Assembly (NCBI GenBank): GCA_024626585.2
Contig: JANKJI020000004.1
Location: 152,883,185-152,908,892, forward strand
Length of the DNA stretch: 25,708 nucleotides
DNA from: Ginkgo biloba
Taxonomy: Eukaryota > Plantae > Ginkgophyta
Direction of reading: 5' to 3'
Under the pieces are notes generated by a model that saw only the letters and a list, made by a program, of their open reading frames with translations, did no database searches and was not told the origin of the DNA. The stretch's first letter is position 1. Each line of letters begins with the position of its first letter. The translations under genes were made by a program, and so were the position numbers. Positions 1 to 11,289 of this stretch are shown here, one piece after another.

Positions 1-330
1 ATGATACGCTTATTGGAGTAAAATGTGCATATTTAATTAAATGATCCACAATTACTCATATTGCATCTTTTCCTTGAGATTTATGTTAGCCTATTATGAA
101 ATCCATGGAATTTTTTCCCAATTTTTTATCATATTTAGAGGCTAAAGCTTCCTAGGATTTTGCTACGTTTTCTAATTTTTGTCTTCGAAAAATGTCACAT
201 TCTGCCACAAATTTAATAATGATATTATGATATGTTTTCTAGAATCTGACATATCCTGCTACTAGTGATGAATGACATTCCTCAAGTATCTTGTTGATGA
301 ATCTAGATCCTCTATTAAGGTATATGCTTG
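1..330 (-). pseudogene. Gypsy integrase remnant (zinc-finger region and start of catalytic core)
   Basis: Reverse complement of ~1-120 reads WEK/SMDFIIG*HKSQGKDAI*VIVDHLIKYAHF, matching the gypsy IN consensus WxxISMDFIxGLPxSxGxDxIxVxVDRLTKYAHF. Confidence 0.88.
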
Positions 331-489
331 ATTTAAATAGAATCGTGACATCTTTTATTATCCATCTATCACCCTTTTTATTATTTTGAATATCGTTTAT
401 TAGTCTTTGAATGTCATTTACTTTGCATATTCTTCATACACGCCTTCATCCAAGATGTTGTTGCCATAGAGATTATTGCTAATGACAAA

Positions 490-819
490 TTTTCATCTTT
501 TCGAGATAAAGCATCAACAACTATGTTTTCTTTTCCCTTTTTATACGGTATGTCAAAGTCAAATGCTCGTATATTATCTATCAACTTTTGTTGTTCTTTT
601 GATAGGGTTTCCTCGTTTAGCAAATATTTGAGGCTCTTATGATCGATTCTTNNNNNNNNNNAATTTGCTTCCTATAAGATATAGCCTCCATTTATCTAGT
701 GCGTATATAATTGACAACATTTCTTTGTTGTATGTCGACATTCTTCGTTTAGCTTTTGGCTTTCAAAAGCGGTTGGGTGACCTTCTTGCATTAAAACTAC
801 TATGATTCTAGAATCTTGA
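490..819 (-). pseudogene. Gypsy RNase H remnant
   Basis: Reads VLMQEGHPTAFESQKL...STYNKEMLSIIYALDKWRLYLIG...DHKSLKYLL...FDFDIPYKKGKENIVVDALSR, the canonical gypsy RH and tether motifs. Confidence 0.9.
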
Positions 820-2181
820 GAAGAGAAGGATGTAATCAAATTTTTTTGTCTACTAGGGTTTTGAGGTTCGATGGAAGGAAGAAGGGCGCTTCTTCTCCAC
901 CATGAAGGCGGTTATCCCTTGGTCTTAACTATGTTCGAGTTCGGAATGACTGTTGAGTGCGATTTTCTGGTGAAATGCAAGAAGGGGACCTCATTCGTGT
1001 CTGGAAGAAGGTGCCTTTAGAGAATCGCCTGGGGCTGGGGGCAGGTGACCATTCGATTGTATGGAGAGTCACTTGGCCTTCAATCGCTTTTCTGGAGGTG
1101 TTTTTTGTGGTCACCTTGCCTCGTAGGGTTCTGACGTCGTTCTCTGTTTAGGTTTGTGCCGTTAGTTGTTTCACAACTATTTGTTGGAAGCTTAGTGGGC
1201 GTCCTCTCGACGACCCCAACAATGCTTTTAGCGATTCATGGTGGTGGCTTAGTCCTCCCGTTCGGTNNNNNNNNNNNNNNNNNNNNNNNNNNNNNNNNNN
1301 NNNNNNNNNNNNNNNNNNNNNNNNNNNNNNNNNNNNNNNNNNNNNNNNNNNNNNNNNNNNNNNNNNNNNNNNNNNNNNNNNNNNNNNNNNNNNNNNNNNN
1401 NNNNNNNNNNNNNNNNNNNNNNNNNNNNNNNNNNNNNNNNNNNNNNNNNNNNNNNNNNNNNNNNNNNNNNNNNNNNNNNNNNNNNNNNNNNNNNNNNNNN
1501 NNNNNNNNNNNNNNNNNNNNNNNNNNNNNNNNNNNNNNNNNNNNNNNNNNNNNNNNNNNNNNNNNNNNNNNNNNNNNNNNNNNNNNNNNNNNNNNNNNNN
1601 NNNNNNNNNNNNNNNNNNNNNNNNNNNNNNNNNNNNNNNNNNNNNNNNNNNNNNNNNNNNNNNNNNNNNNNNNNNNNNNNNNNNNNNNNNNNNNNNNNNN
1701 NNNNNNNNNNNNNNNNNNNNNNNNNNNNNNNNNNNNNNNNNNNNNNNNNNNNNNNNNNNNNNNNNNNNNNNNNNNNNNNNNNNNNNNNNNNNNNNNNNNN
1801 NNNNNNNNNNNNNNNNNNNNNNNNNNNNNNNNNNNNNNNNNNNNNNNNNNNNNNNNNNNNNNNNNNNNNNNNNNNNNNNNNNNNNNNNNNNNNNNNNNNN
1901 NNNNNNNNNNNNNNNNNNNNNNNNNNNNNNNNNNNNNNNNNNNNNNNNNNNNNNNNNNNNNNNNNNNNNNNNNNNNNNNNNNNNNNNNNNNNNNNNNNNN
2001 NNNNNNNNNNNNNNNNNNNNNNNNNNNNNNNNNNNNNNNNNNNNNNNNNNNNNNNNNNNNNNNNNNNNNNNNNNNNNNNNNNNNNNNNNNNNNNNNNNNN
2101 NNNNNNNNNNNNNNNNNNNNNNNNNNNNNNNNNNNNNNNNNNNNNNNNNNNNNNNNNNNNNNNNNNNNNNNNNNNNNNNNN

Positions 2182-2900
2182 NCTTCCCGGATGCACATTT
2201 GAATTCTATTGCGAATAATGTTTTTTTTTTTTTTTGCTCAAAAATCAAAAGTGCTTTATTGAGGTGGTTAATGTGGTCCTCCCATTTGGCACTGTAAATT
2301 AATATGTTGTCAAAGAAGATAAGGACAAACTTTCTAAGTATTTTAATAAAGATTTTATTCATTAGGTTTTCAAATGTTGTCGGTGCATTACAGAGACCAA
2401 AGGGCATAACTCAAAATTCATAACGTCCATGATGTGTTTGAAAGGTAGTTTTGTGGTAGTTTTCAATTCGGATTGGAATCTAATAATATCCTTATTGTAG
2501 ATCGATTTTTGAAAAGTGTTGTGCTCCACAGAGTTCATCGAAAATATCATCGATTCTTGGCATGGGAAATTTGTTTTTTATTGTAATTTTATTAAGTGCT
2601 CTATAGTCAACACAATCAAAATGATCTATCTTTTTTCCGAGCAAGGACAATTGGGGTTGCATATGAACCTTTACTTTCTATTATGCCTTCTATTTCAAGT
2701 AGGTCTATGGTCAATCTTCTATTTCATTTTTTTTTCATTTTTTTATTATGACTATAACAGTATAACTATGTGGTTTTGTTGTATCTGGATTTTGCTTTGG
2801 CTCAATATCGCTTATGTGTTCCAATCCATTGTTTTGGGGCTATACTTTTTGGTGAATTTTCGAACACTTTTTAATGCTCTTGAAGTAATTCTTCTAGTTC
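2182..2900 (-). pseudogene. Gypsy reverse transcriptase remnant
   Basis: Reads [27 protein letters not shown] and MPFGLCNAPTTFENLMNKIF...VLIFFDNILIYS. The catalytic FxDD is degraded to FFDN, and there is a poly-A expansion at 2221-2235. Confidence 0.93.
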
Positions 2901-3100
2901 CTTTTTTTATTGTCATTAATAAATTCCTTATCTAGTTATGTTTCATGAGATCATTGTACTTCCATCTTATACATTCTAGCCATGAACCCTATGTGATCTT
3001 TTCGCATTATATAATTCAATCTACAAATTTATTTTGCCCTATTCTTGTTCTGTTAATTTTATATAGCGTTCCATCCTTTTTTAATTTTATGAAACTTTTG

Positions 3101-3420
3101 TCATGATTTATTACATATGATCCTAGTNNNNNNNNNNNNNNNNNNNNNNNNNNNNNNNNNNNNNNNNNNNNNNNNNNNNNNNNNNNNNNNNNNNNNNNNN
3201 NNNNNNNNNNNTAACTGTATGTGTGGGTTATCTACTACTCTGGGGTAGGTTAATGACTGATGTCCTAGGATAGCTACTACGAAGTTTTCTTGCTTGTTTA
3301 AATATAATCCGATTCTCTTTATTTGTTGGATATTGATGAAATTACGTGTACTTCTTGAATCCACTAAGTTTAGTAATTTTAATTTGCAAATAAAGCCGTT
3401 GACTTTGAATGTAACTAGTC
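3101..3420 (-). pseudogene. Gypsy aspartic protease remnant
   Basis: VDSRSTRNFI corresponds to the retropepsin motif (L/I)DSG(S/A)THNFI and lies between gag and RT. Confidence 0.8.
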
Positions 3421-3549
3421 AAGGCATTTCAATCATCGTGGATAATGATATCTCAACTCTTGGAGTAAATCTTCATCTGAGTCATTGTTCGCATTTTCTT
3501 CTTATGTGCTTGATTCTTCTCTCAATTCTTCTTCCTAAGCCTATTGAAT

Positions 3550-4420
3550 AGCCTTTTTACTGGTTTGCAAGCATGACCCTTTTCTCATGGTTCATTACAT
3601 CTTCTAAAAGGATTTGATTTAGCTTTGTCTACTAAATCAGATTTCCATGTCTGTTGTCTTGTTTCTCCTTATTGCATTTTGTTAGTGTGTTGTCTTTGCT
3701 CATAATTCTAGGATTGAATAAATTGTCATCTTCTTTGGGCAGTGATTTGCTCGTATAATGCATTGTTACATTGTCATACTTTCTTATCTAGCATAAATTA
3801 TAATTGCTTCTTCTAGTGCTTCTAGTTGATGTTTCTATACTTCAATTTTTATTTCTCCTCAAAGGTTACAAATATAGAAATCCAAGACTGCCTCTTCCTT
3901 CATTCCTAATTTTGCATGTACAAAGTTTTTAGTGTATTCTTCTACTGATTGATTTTGCTGGCAGAGATGTGCTAACTGTATAAGATATGGAATACCTAGA
4001 TTTATGTCCGCTCTTTTGTAAAAACCTTTGCTGGATCTATCGTATGCTTTATGTTCTAAATGTTCTTTATACCATTTCAGACCTCAAGTATGAGCATGAC
4101 CCTCTATGTTTGATATTACGAAGCGTACCTTATCGAGGTCTACTGTTATTTGCGTATTAGGAAAGGTTGTTTCCAATTTACTAACGAACTCTATCAATTC
4201 AATTTGCCCATCAAATCGCTACTGTAGTATTTTTGGTTGTAACCGGTATTCTATCCCTCCAAATGTTGGAAGTTATGGAGGTGATTGTGGCCCTTGGGAT
4301 GTTTGTTGGTATGGAGATGAGCTTTGACCTAATAGTTGAGTTATCTACTTGGACAGTGTGGCGAAGGATTCATCTAACTTGAAGTTTAATTGAGAGATAT
4401 CTTAAGTTACTTCATCCATT
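3550..4420 (-). pseudogene. Gypsy gag remnant
   Basis: Reads RFDGQIELIEFVSKLETTF...DKVRFVISNIEGHAHT* and LCQQNQSVEEYTKNF, resembling the retrotransposon gag core (FxG...LExYF...KV...LEGxAxxWW; LxQxxSVxEYxxxF). Confidence 0.72.
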
Positions 4421-5086
4421 GTTGAACATTTTAGCTGAGTTCAACATTTTAGCATCGTTACGTACATTTACTTTCTCACGAATTTCTTTTTTGTAGCTTT
4501 AGTGAGTGAAGTTGAACTTAAGGTTAAAGTCTTTCGTTTGAAAAAGAATATTCTTAAAAATATTTCTAAGGAATATTCTATTAATATGCTNNNNNNNNNN
4601 GGGGGGGAACGAAGGGGGAGAGGGGTCGACTTTAGGCAAGGAAAAAAAAAGTGGCAGATTGTGCCTCGTGTGGATTATTGCGAATTGCTTCCAAGGGTGG
4701 GTTGTAGGTGAGCAATGACAGATGGGCTGCAAACAAGCGACGACAATTGAGAGGGTGAGTTGTGGATGAGCGATGGCAGTCAAGCAGGTGGGTTGCAAGT
4801 GAGTTGTCAATGAACTACAAGTGGGCTATAGGGGTATGTGAGGATGACAAGTAAAGATGAGCAAGGTGGGTGAGCCAAGGTTGGGAAGAGGCAAGCAAGG
4901 TGGGCGATGACAAGGCAAGGGTAATGGTTTTGTTACAACAATGGGATGAGGATGAGCAACAGTCACAGTGAAGGGCAGAACAATGGGTGTGGTGGGAAAT
5001 GAAGCAAGGGGAATAAGTAAAGAATGAAGGTAATGGCACAATCGAATGAGTGAGAACTAATCAGCGGAAGGAAGAAGAGCAACCTT

Positions 5087-5098
5087 GCTCTCAAACCA
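5087..5098 (-). promoter_or_regulatory. Primer-binding site (tRNA-iMet type), degenerate
   Basis: The + strand gctctcaaacca is 10/12 identical to gctctgatacca (reverse complement of TGGTATCAGAGC) and lies 2 nt from the LTR terminus tgtaa at 5101. Confidence 0.75.
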
Positions 5099-5100
5099 CT

Positions 5101-5460
5101 TGTAAAGGTTTGAATGGATCCTTACTTGACATGATATGAAAAGTAAAAGTTAAATAAGAGTTTGGGGTGCACCTACCTCTCCTTAATCAAATATTCTTTC
5201 TCAATAATAAGAGAAGAAGTTATAATTGTATTTGATGATTATAGTGAGGGTTTTATGCCTATATATAGTTTTTAGGCACCATTTCAAATCCTAGAGGTGA
5301 CCCTTAGTTATAAACAATCTTTTAATTAAGATTTATTAGGCTTTGCTTAAGATCTTGATTATATTTATGTTAGGAACAGAACAAACACCCTCCTTGTAGT
5401 TTGGATGGAAGTTCAAAAGAGTGGTCTCAAAAATATATTTTGATGAAGTGCACATCATCA
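5101..5460 (-). repeat. 5' LTR of the gypsy element (~360 bp)
   Basis: On the minus strand it begins TGATG (5460) and ends TTACA (5101) next to the PBS, with a TATA-like CTATATATAG near 5260. The outer boundary is inferred from the TG..CA termini only. Confidence 0.6.
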
Positions 5461-6584
5461 TAAGCCTTCCCAAGGCATCTCAAGGTCTCTTTTTCATGCC
5501 TAGTCCCTAATATCATGAATAACATAGGACTTTGTAATATGCTCACAAAAATGAGAGGTGTGGAGTGTGGATAAGTTTAAGTCCTTTTCTTTACGAACCC
5601 AATAGTTTGGATAATACTTCTCTCAAGATCCAATTTGTTGCCTCCATTGATTAGAAACAACTTGTTGTACATCTTTTCTAATTCAACTAGGTGGATCCAT
5701 AACACAAATTGTTCTAGTTTTTTAATATGATCAACTTCCAATGGTTGCAATACCACCAATAGGTTCACCTCCACGATACCACCACCAAAATGATCGCTTT
5801 CGCTCTACAACTATCACTAATTGTCAATTGGAGCTTGTAGCTTTTACGTAGTGAGCAAAAGATGGGATTTTATCTATCGTTGATTATTAAGTTGTCAAAA
5901 GTGAATTTGAATGCCTAACGCTAAAACTTGTAAAATGAATTGTTGTGTATAATAGAAAGTAAACAAAGATGAAATATAACTGACAGAAATAAAATGCAAA
6001 AATTAACTCTGGAAACCAATTCAATGAACATATCTAAGATATAAATGTGAAACTTGAAATTTAAATCCTATCTACGAGGCCAAATCAATATATGGTGTGG
6101 GATGGGGATCCTTCTATTCAACGCTCATTAGAGTGAGTTAGAGCACTTTACGATCGTGAAACTTTTAAAGGAAAAATTGGCCAATTATTGCATTTCTCAT
6201 AAAGTATTTATACATAAGAAGACCAAAGTCTAATTGTTCCTTAACTAACCATAGTGGTTATAACTTAAAGTCTTAATATAACCTACACTTTACAAATAAA
6301 TCCATTAAAAGCTATTTATATATGAAGTGCAAGTAGGCTACCTAAGTCCTCAAATTAAGTAGGACTACTTGCATTTGATATGCAAGTAGGTTACCACCTT
6401 AGATTCTACCTACATCTCAAATGCAAATAGACAATTTAGTATAGATTCAAATAAATTACATTACAAAATTGCCCCACATTGTTCGAGCAGTTGGACTTTA
6501 AACCCCAAAATGGTATTATTACATAATTGAATAGAATCCTCAATTTGAACATAAGAATTATACATGAAAGGATCCTTTACAACA
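5461..6584 (-). mobile_element. Second LTR-retroelement family, copy 1 (internal remnant, degenerate PBS-like site, ~650-bp LTR 5929-6584)
   Basis: Colinear similarity to 8555-9350, e.g. aatggttgcaata, taattgtcaaYYSgagcttgtag, aaaacttgt, aaatcctNtctaYgaggc, tgcaagtRggctacct. TG at 5929 and CA at 6584. Confidence 0.6.
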
Positions 6585-7899
6585 AGTTCTTCAATTAACT
6601 GCATCAAAATTAGAGTAAATGATGTACAAGAATTGTTGCATCAATAGCGCTCCAAATAGTATGTGAAATAATTTGGGATTGAGACCTCTATGCAAGAGAT
6701 CCAAGCGATCCTCATGCACTTCAATAGCTTTCTTCTTTGATGGCTCCATTGATCTCTCTTCTAGAAGGTCTGAGATGAGGNNNNNNNNNNNNNNNNNNNN
6801 NNNNNNNNNNNNNNNNNNNNNNNNNNNNNATCCAATCATTTACAACATTGAAGAGACTTAGTGTACTAGACTTATCATGCGTTGCCAATGTCTATGAGGA
6901 GCAAAGGGCTAGACAAAGTACTTGCCCCTACTTGAATGTTTACAGTGCATTTGATCCTATGACAGTGGTGTCCAAAATATTTCATTTAGTAGTGTTTTTA
7001 CCTTAGTAACCCAAGAGTTTGTGATCAGAGGCAATCGTGCAAATGGTTTGGCGGGCACTTTTAAAGGAAACATTGCGGTCAATTTGGTCATCAAAAAAAT
7101 ATATTGTTTTCAAGTAGAAGAAAATGGACTCAGAACACAAGTTATTAGTGCATGAATGTTAGAATCATATGACAAGCAATCATAGTTTTAGCGAGTTAAC
7201 TACAGGGTTCAAAGCGAGAATGAATTATCAACATAATAACACTCGAACAAAACTATTTATATCAAGATGGACACAATCAATGTGTATAGTGGGTTTGTTG
7301 CTCATCAAATCGAGCAAGAAGAGAGTGACTAGCCCTAAATATCACAAGCCAAATCTTAGTTACTACATTAAGGGAGAGTAATGAATCGAGTGTAACATAT
7401 TTTCTTCACTTTTTTTTAGACTTCTTTAGTATTGCACAACCTCATCCATGATTGTTGGGTTAGGGAGCATTAAAAGATCCTTTCAAGGAATAATGAAGCC
7501 CACTATAAGATTGGTAGTCTTAGATGGGTCTCCTAACTAAAGAGGAGGTAATCCTCCATCACCATCACAATCTAATCCATTGACAATTTTTCTAATGGGT
7601 GACATAATCCAACCCCTCCTTTGGTCAACATAAATGTGATATTCAACAAAAATGACATAAGGAAGATGGGTTCAAAATAGAAAATTGGCTANNNNNNNNN
7701 NNNNNNNNNNNNNNNNNNNNNNNNNNNNNNNNNNNNNNNNNNNNNNNNNNNNNNNNNNNNNNNNNNNNNNNNNNNNNNNNNNNNNNNNNNNTACTCGTGT
7801 ATTTTGCAATCCAATAATAAATAAGCAGTCTTTTCTATGATTAGTGCACCTTCCAATTTATGACAGCAAGCATAAATGTATGAAATTCTGCTATAACCC

Positions 7900-9356
7900 T
7901 GTTTTCTAACTGTTACATCCATGACCGTGTATACTTAACCTAGGAGGAGTCCTCCAGTCAATGGTTTTATCAACTCCAACGCAACCCTGTTGGTGAGAGT
8001 AGCAGCTTGTTGTTGGGTCACAGTGGCATTCCATTGACCTCGATGACTCAATTTTCCCAGTTGTTGTAAGAATCATTGTGGCAGCAACAACCACCATTTG
8101 CTTGATATCAATGTTTTGTCCTTTGATGAAGAGAGAAACCTATAATATCTTTGATGGTTCTAGAGCTCAAGCCAAAAATGCTTCCAATCTTTAGTCATGA
8201 TCCAACAATGGTTATGCTTTTCTTCATTCATCCAATTTTTGTAGGTCATCTCTTTCAACATTTGCTAGAGCATATCTTCTACTTATCATTCCTACCATTT
8301 GTTCCCAAGGATCAATGGGTTCTCTTCTTCCATGTCGCACTTGTCTTTCAATCCCTTCCACCATATGTTAATTGCATCCTCTAAAAACAAGTGAACAAGA
8401 ATCAATTTATTTCTATGAGAAGCATCATAGGCTTTGAGATACCTCCCAACATGATTGAGCTAGGAGTGGAAGTCTACCCATGTTCCTTCAACATTTCCTT
8501 TGCACATCTTCAATTGTCATAGCAATTTGTTCTCTTGTTATTTGATGTGATAACTTCTAATGGTTGCAATAATAACCACGGGCTCATAATACTCATAAAT
8601 GATGCCAAAATGACCATCATGATTAGTAGGTCATTAATTGTCAACTCGAGCTTGTAGTTTTTACACAAAGCAATAGATAGAATTTAAGCCATTGCTAGTT
8701 ATTTAGACGATTGGAAGTGAATCTATGATGCTTAATACAAAAACTTGTGAAACAGATCAATGTAGATGGAAAAAACATAAATGGAATATAGAGGATAAAA
8801 ATATAGTTGAGAACAGAATTATGACAAACAACCCAATAAACAAATCTAGACTCTAAACATAAAACCATAAATCCTCTCTATGAGGCAGATCTAGTGCCTA
8901 GCGTTGGAAGGGGGTCCTTCTTTCCAATGCTCGTAAGAGTCAACCAAAGCATTGTAATGACCATGGAGTATTTAAAGGAAATATTTCTTGATTATTTCAC
9001 TTTTTGCAAAAATTATTTATACATGTACATCTTTACTGGAGTCCAACTACTCCTTAAACCACCCACAACAATTGCAACTGAAAGATTTCAACTTAACCAA
9101 TGGTTTACAAATAATCTCATTATAAGTTGCTTCTATCTAATATGAAAGTAAGCTACCTACATCCTCCATGCAAGTGGGCTACCTATAACCTAGATGCAAG
9201 TAGACTATCTATGATGAATACAAGTAATTTACATAATGAAAACGCCCAAATTGATCTAGCAATTGGATTGCAAGCCTAAAAAAGACATTCTCTCTAATTG
9301 AACAAAAGCCTTAATCTTGACATGATAGTTGTAAACAATGATTTCTTCATAATTAT
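7900..9356 (-). mobile_element. Second LTR-retroelement family, copy 2 (decayed gag/protease-like internal region, PBS-like site, LTR from 8746)
   Basis: Diverged direct repeat of 5735-6580. gcttaatacaaaaacttgt resembles a decayed PBS-LTR junction. Weak gag-like traces (VGGI..., KC*KR*P) on the minus strand. Confidence 0.55.
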
Positions 9357-10908
9357 NNNNNNNNNNAAACTCTCTTGTAAGGCCTAGGGTTAATCAATTT
9401 GCTTGTTTGATGATATATTTGCTCTACTCTTTCGACCTACACATTTCTAAAACTAGTTTTAGGAACCTTGTGTGAAATCTCAACCAAGGGTTTGGCAATT
9501 CAACTCTCGTTCTTGCTAGGAGCATGGGTTGTCTTGTGCCAAATTTTTTTCATACTTGTCACTTTAGCATTGTTGGGGGCTTTCTTATTGTTTGTTGTGC
9601 TTTTAAACTTGACTTCTTATCACCCATCATCCTTAAGGGCTTGGGTGGCAATTGCTTTTGTTTTAAGAATTTGGGGGCACATCCTCTATTTTTGCAAGAA
9701 TGTCATCATGTGAAGCTTGCTAATTTTTCTCCTTATCCATCGAAAAACAATCTTTTACCTTGTGCTTCAAGCTTTGACATCTAAACAAGAATTTGCCACA
9801 TTCAAACACCTAAAGAGAAACCAAAATATGCATTGCGCACTACACTGAATGGTGGTTACTTGCTTGAGCTCTTTGAAAAGGTCCACTTTGATGCAAACTC
9901 TCTGTAAGGCCTAGGGTTAATCAATTTGCTTGTTTGATGACATATAAAAGTGCCAATTGGAGAGACAATCGAGCTTAACAACTCCCAATAAGACATGGCC
10001 AACCTGAAAAATTCTACCCATGTAGAATAGTCATACGATACAACTTTTTCAACTGAGAAATCCTCATTCCACCTAGATGGTAATACAAGGTTATGCCTAC
10101 AAGTCCAACGGTCTCTTAATACAATTTCATTAGTCATTTCTAGAGTCTCCAAAACAAAGGAATAAAATCCCCAAGTGAGATAGTTGTATGAAGACCACCA
10201 TGCATCCATACATCTCCTAGTCTCATGTATTTGAGCTTTTAGCTCACTCTCTAGAGGAGGCCTGCTTAGAAAATAACTTCTCAAGGCTCTAGAAGCAAGA
10301 TTATAAGACAAAATTTAAATGCTCTAGATCAATGATAACATCAACAAAGTCAAGCTTAACTTCTGGTATACTTTCTGTACAAATTTNNNNNNNNNNNNNN
10401 NNNNNNNNNNNNNNNNNNNNNNNNNNNNNNNNNNNNNNNNNNNNNNNNNNNNNNNNNNNNNNNNNNNNNNNNNNNNNNNNNNNNNNNNNNNNNNNNNNNC
10501 ATCTCTAGGGAATATTTGCACAACAAGAGCGACTTTAGGCCTCAATCATAGTCAGGACTCTAAAGTGATTGGAGAAGGACATGGACAATATTGCAATAAC
10601 TCTAATACGAGTTGGCTACTTCAAATAGATTGACACGCGATTAACCCACTAACAACTCATTTTCTCATAACACTCTCACGTCATCACCTTCTTCCCATCT
10701 TCGTGAATGTCTAAATTCAATAATATGAGTAGGTGTAATTTTAACCCTCATTACTTTGATGTAAATTATAAATTGACTGACACATAAGTTTATCACTTAA
10801 TAGCTAGTGTGATGGTTAAAGTAACATGGAACTTGAATTTGAAATGTACAATCTATGAATTTCAATCGAATATGTATTATCAAATATTTTTTTAAAGTAC
10901 TACATATC

Positions 10909-10990
10909 TACTTTGCAAGAACATTTCATACCCTACATTTTGTACTTTGCAAGAACATTTCATACCCTGCATTTTGTACTTTTCAAGAAA
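10909..10990. repeat. 34-bp tandem repeat, ~2.4 copies
   Basis: tactttgcaagaacatttcataccctRcattttg at 10909-10942 and 10943-10976, with a partial third copy. Confidence 0.9.
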
Positions 10991-11221
10991 CTTGTTGCCC
11001 ATGTCTCCACCAAGTGGATCTTTGGTGTTTTCTAAAACCTGTGCAAGTATGTGTTGTAGATGTCTCTAGAAGCCCTATGAGATGTGTGAATATGGCCCAC
11101 CATTCTCTCATATAGTTCCATAATAACTTAAATAACAACTCCTAGAACCTCGATGGTGCACAGTCTCCACATGAGGAGATGTTAGGAATGTTTTTGACAA
11201 TGTTTATAAAGTCTACTACAT

Positions 11222-11289
11222 TTTCATACCCTACATTTTGTTCTTTTCAAGAAACTTGTTGCCCGTGTCTCCACCAAGTGGATCTTTGG
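11222..11289. repeat. Near-identical direct repeat of ~10958-11025 (264-bp offset), running into a gap
   Basis: tttcataccctRcattttgtWcttttcaagaaacttgttgcccRtgtctccaccaagtggatctttgg is present at both sites. Confidence 0.88.

Larger units (their letters stand above)
1..5460 (-). mobile_element. Decayed Ty3/gypsy LTR retrotransposon (5' LTR, PBS, gag, PR, RT, RNase H, start of integrase; runs off the left edge)
   Basis: Minus-strand domain order gag-PR-RT-RH-IN is the gypsy order, and all domains have stops or frameshifts. Compact layout, short LTR and FFD(D)ILIYS / QEGHPxAF motifs suggest a chromovirus-type (Reina-like) lineage (inference). Confidence 0.93.

Noticed and set aside
1148-2202. 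Long ORFs of 270-420 aa in the track (also 11179-12181 and 23904-24275)
   Set aside because: They consist mostly of N-gap codons. Only the RT part at 2182-2407 is real.
7590-7692. Possible LINE RNase H trace (PP.GQHK..FN) on the + strand
   Set aside because: Too degenerate and short, and truncated by a gap.
5929-9356. One intact LTR element bounded by the two similar LTRs
   Set aside because: Homology extends into the PBS side of both copies, and no PPT, TSD or pol was seen between them.
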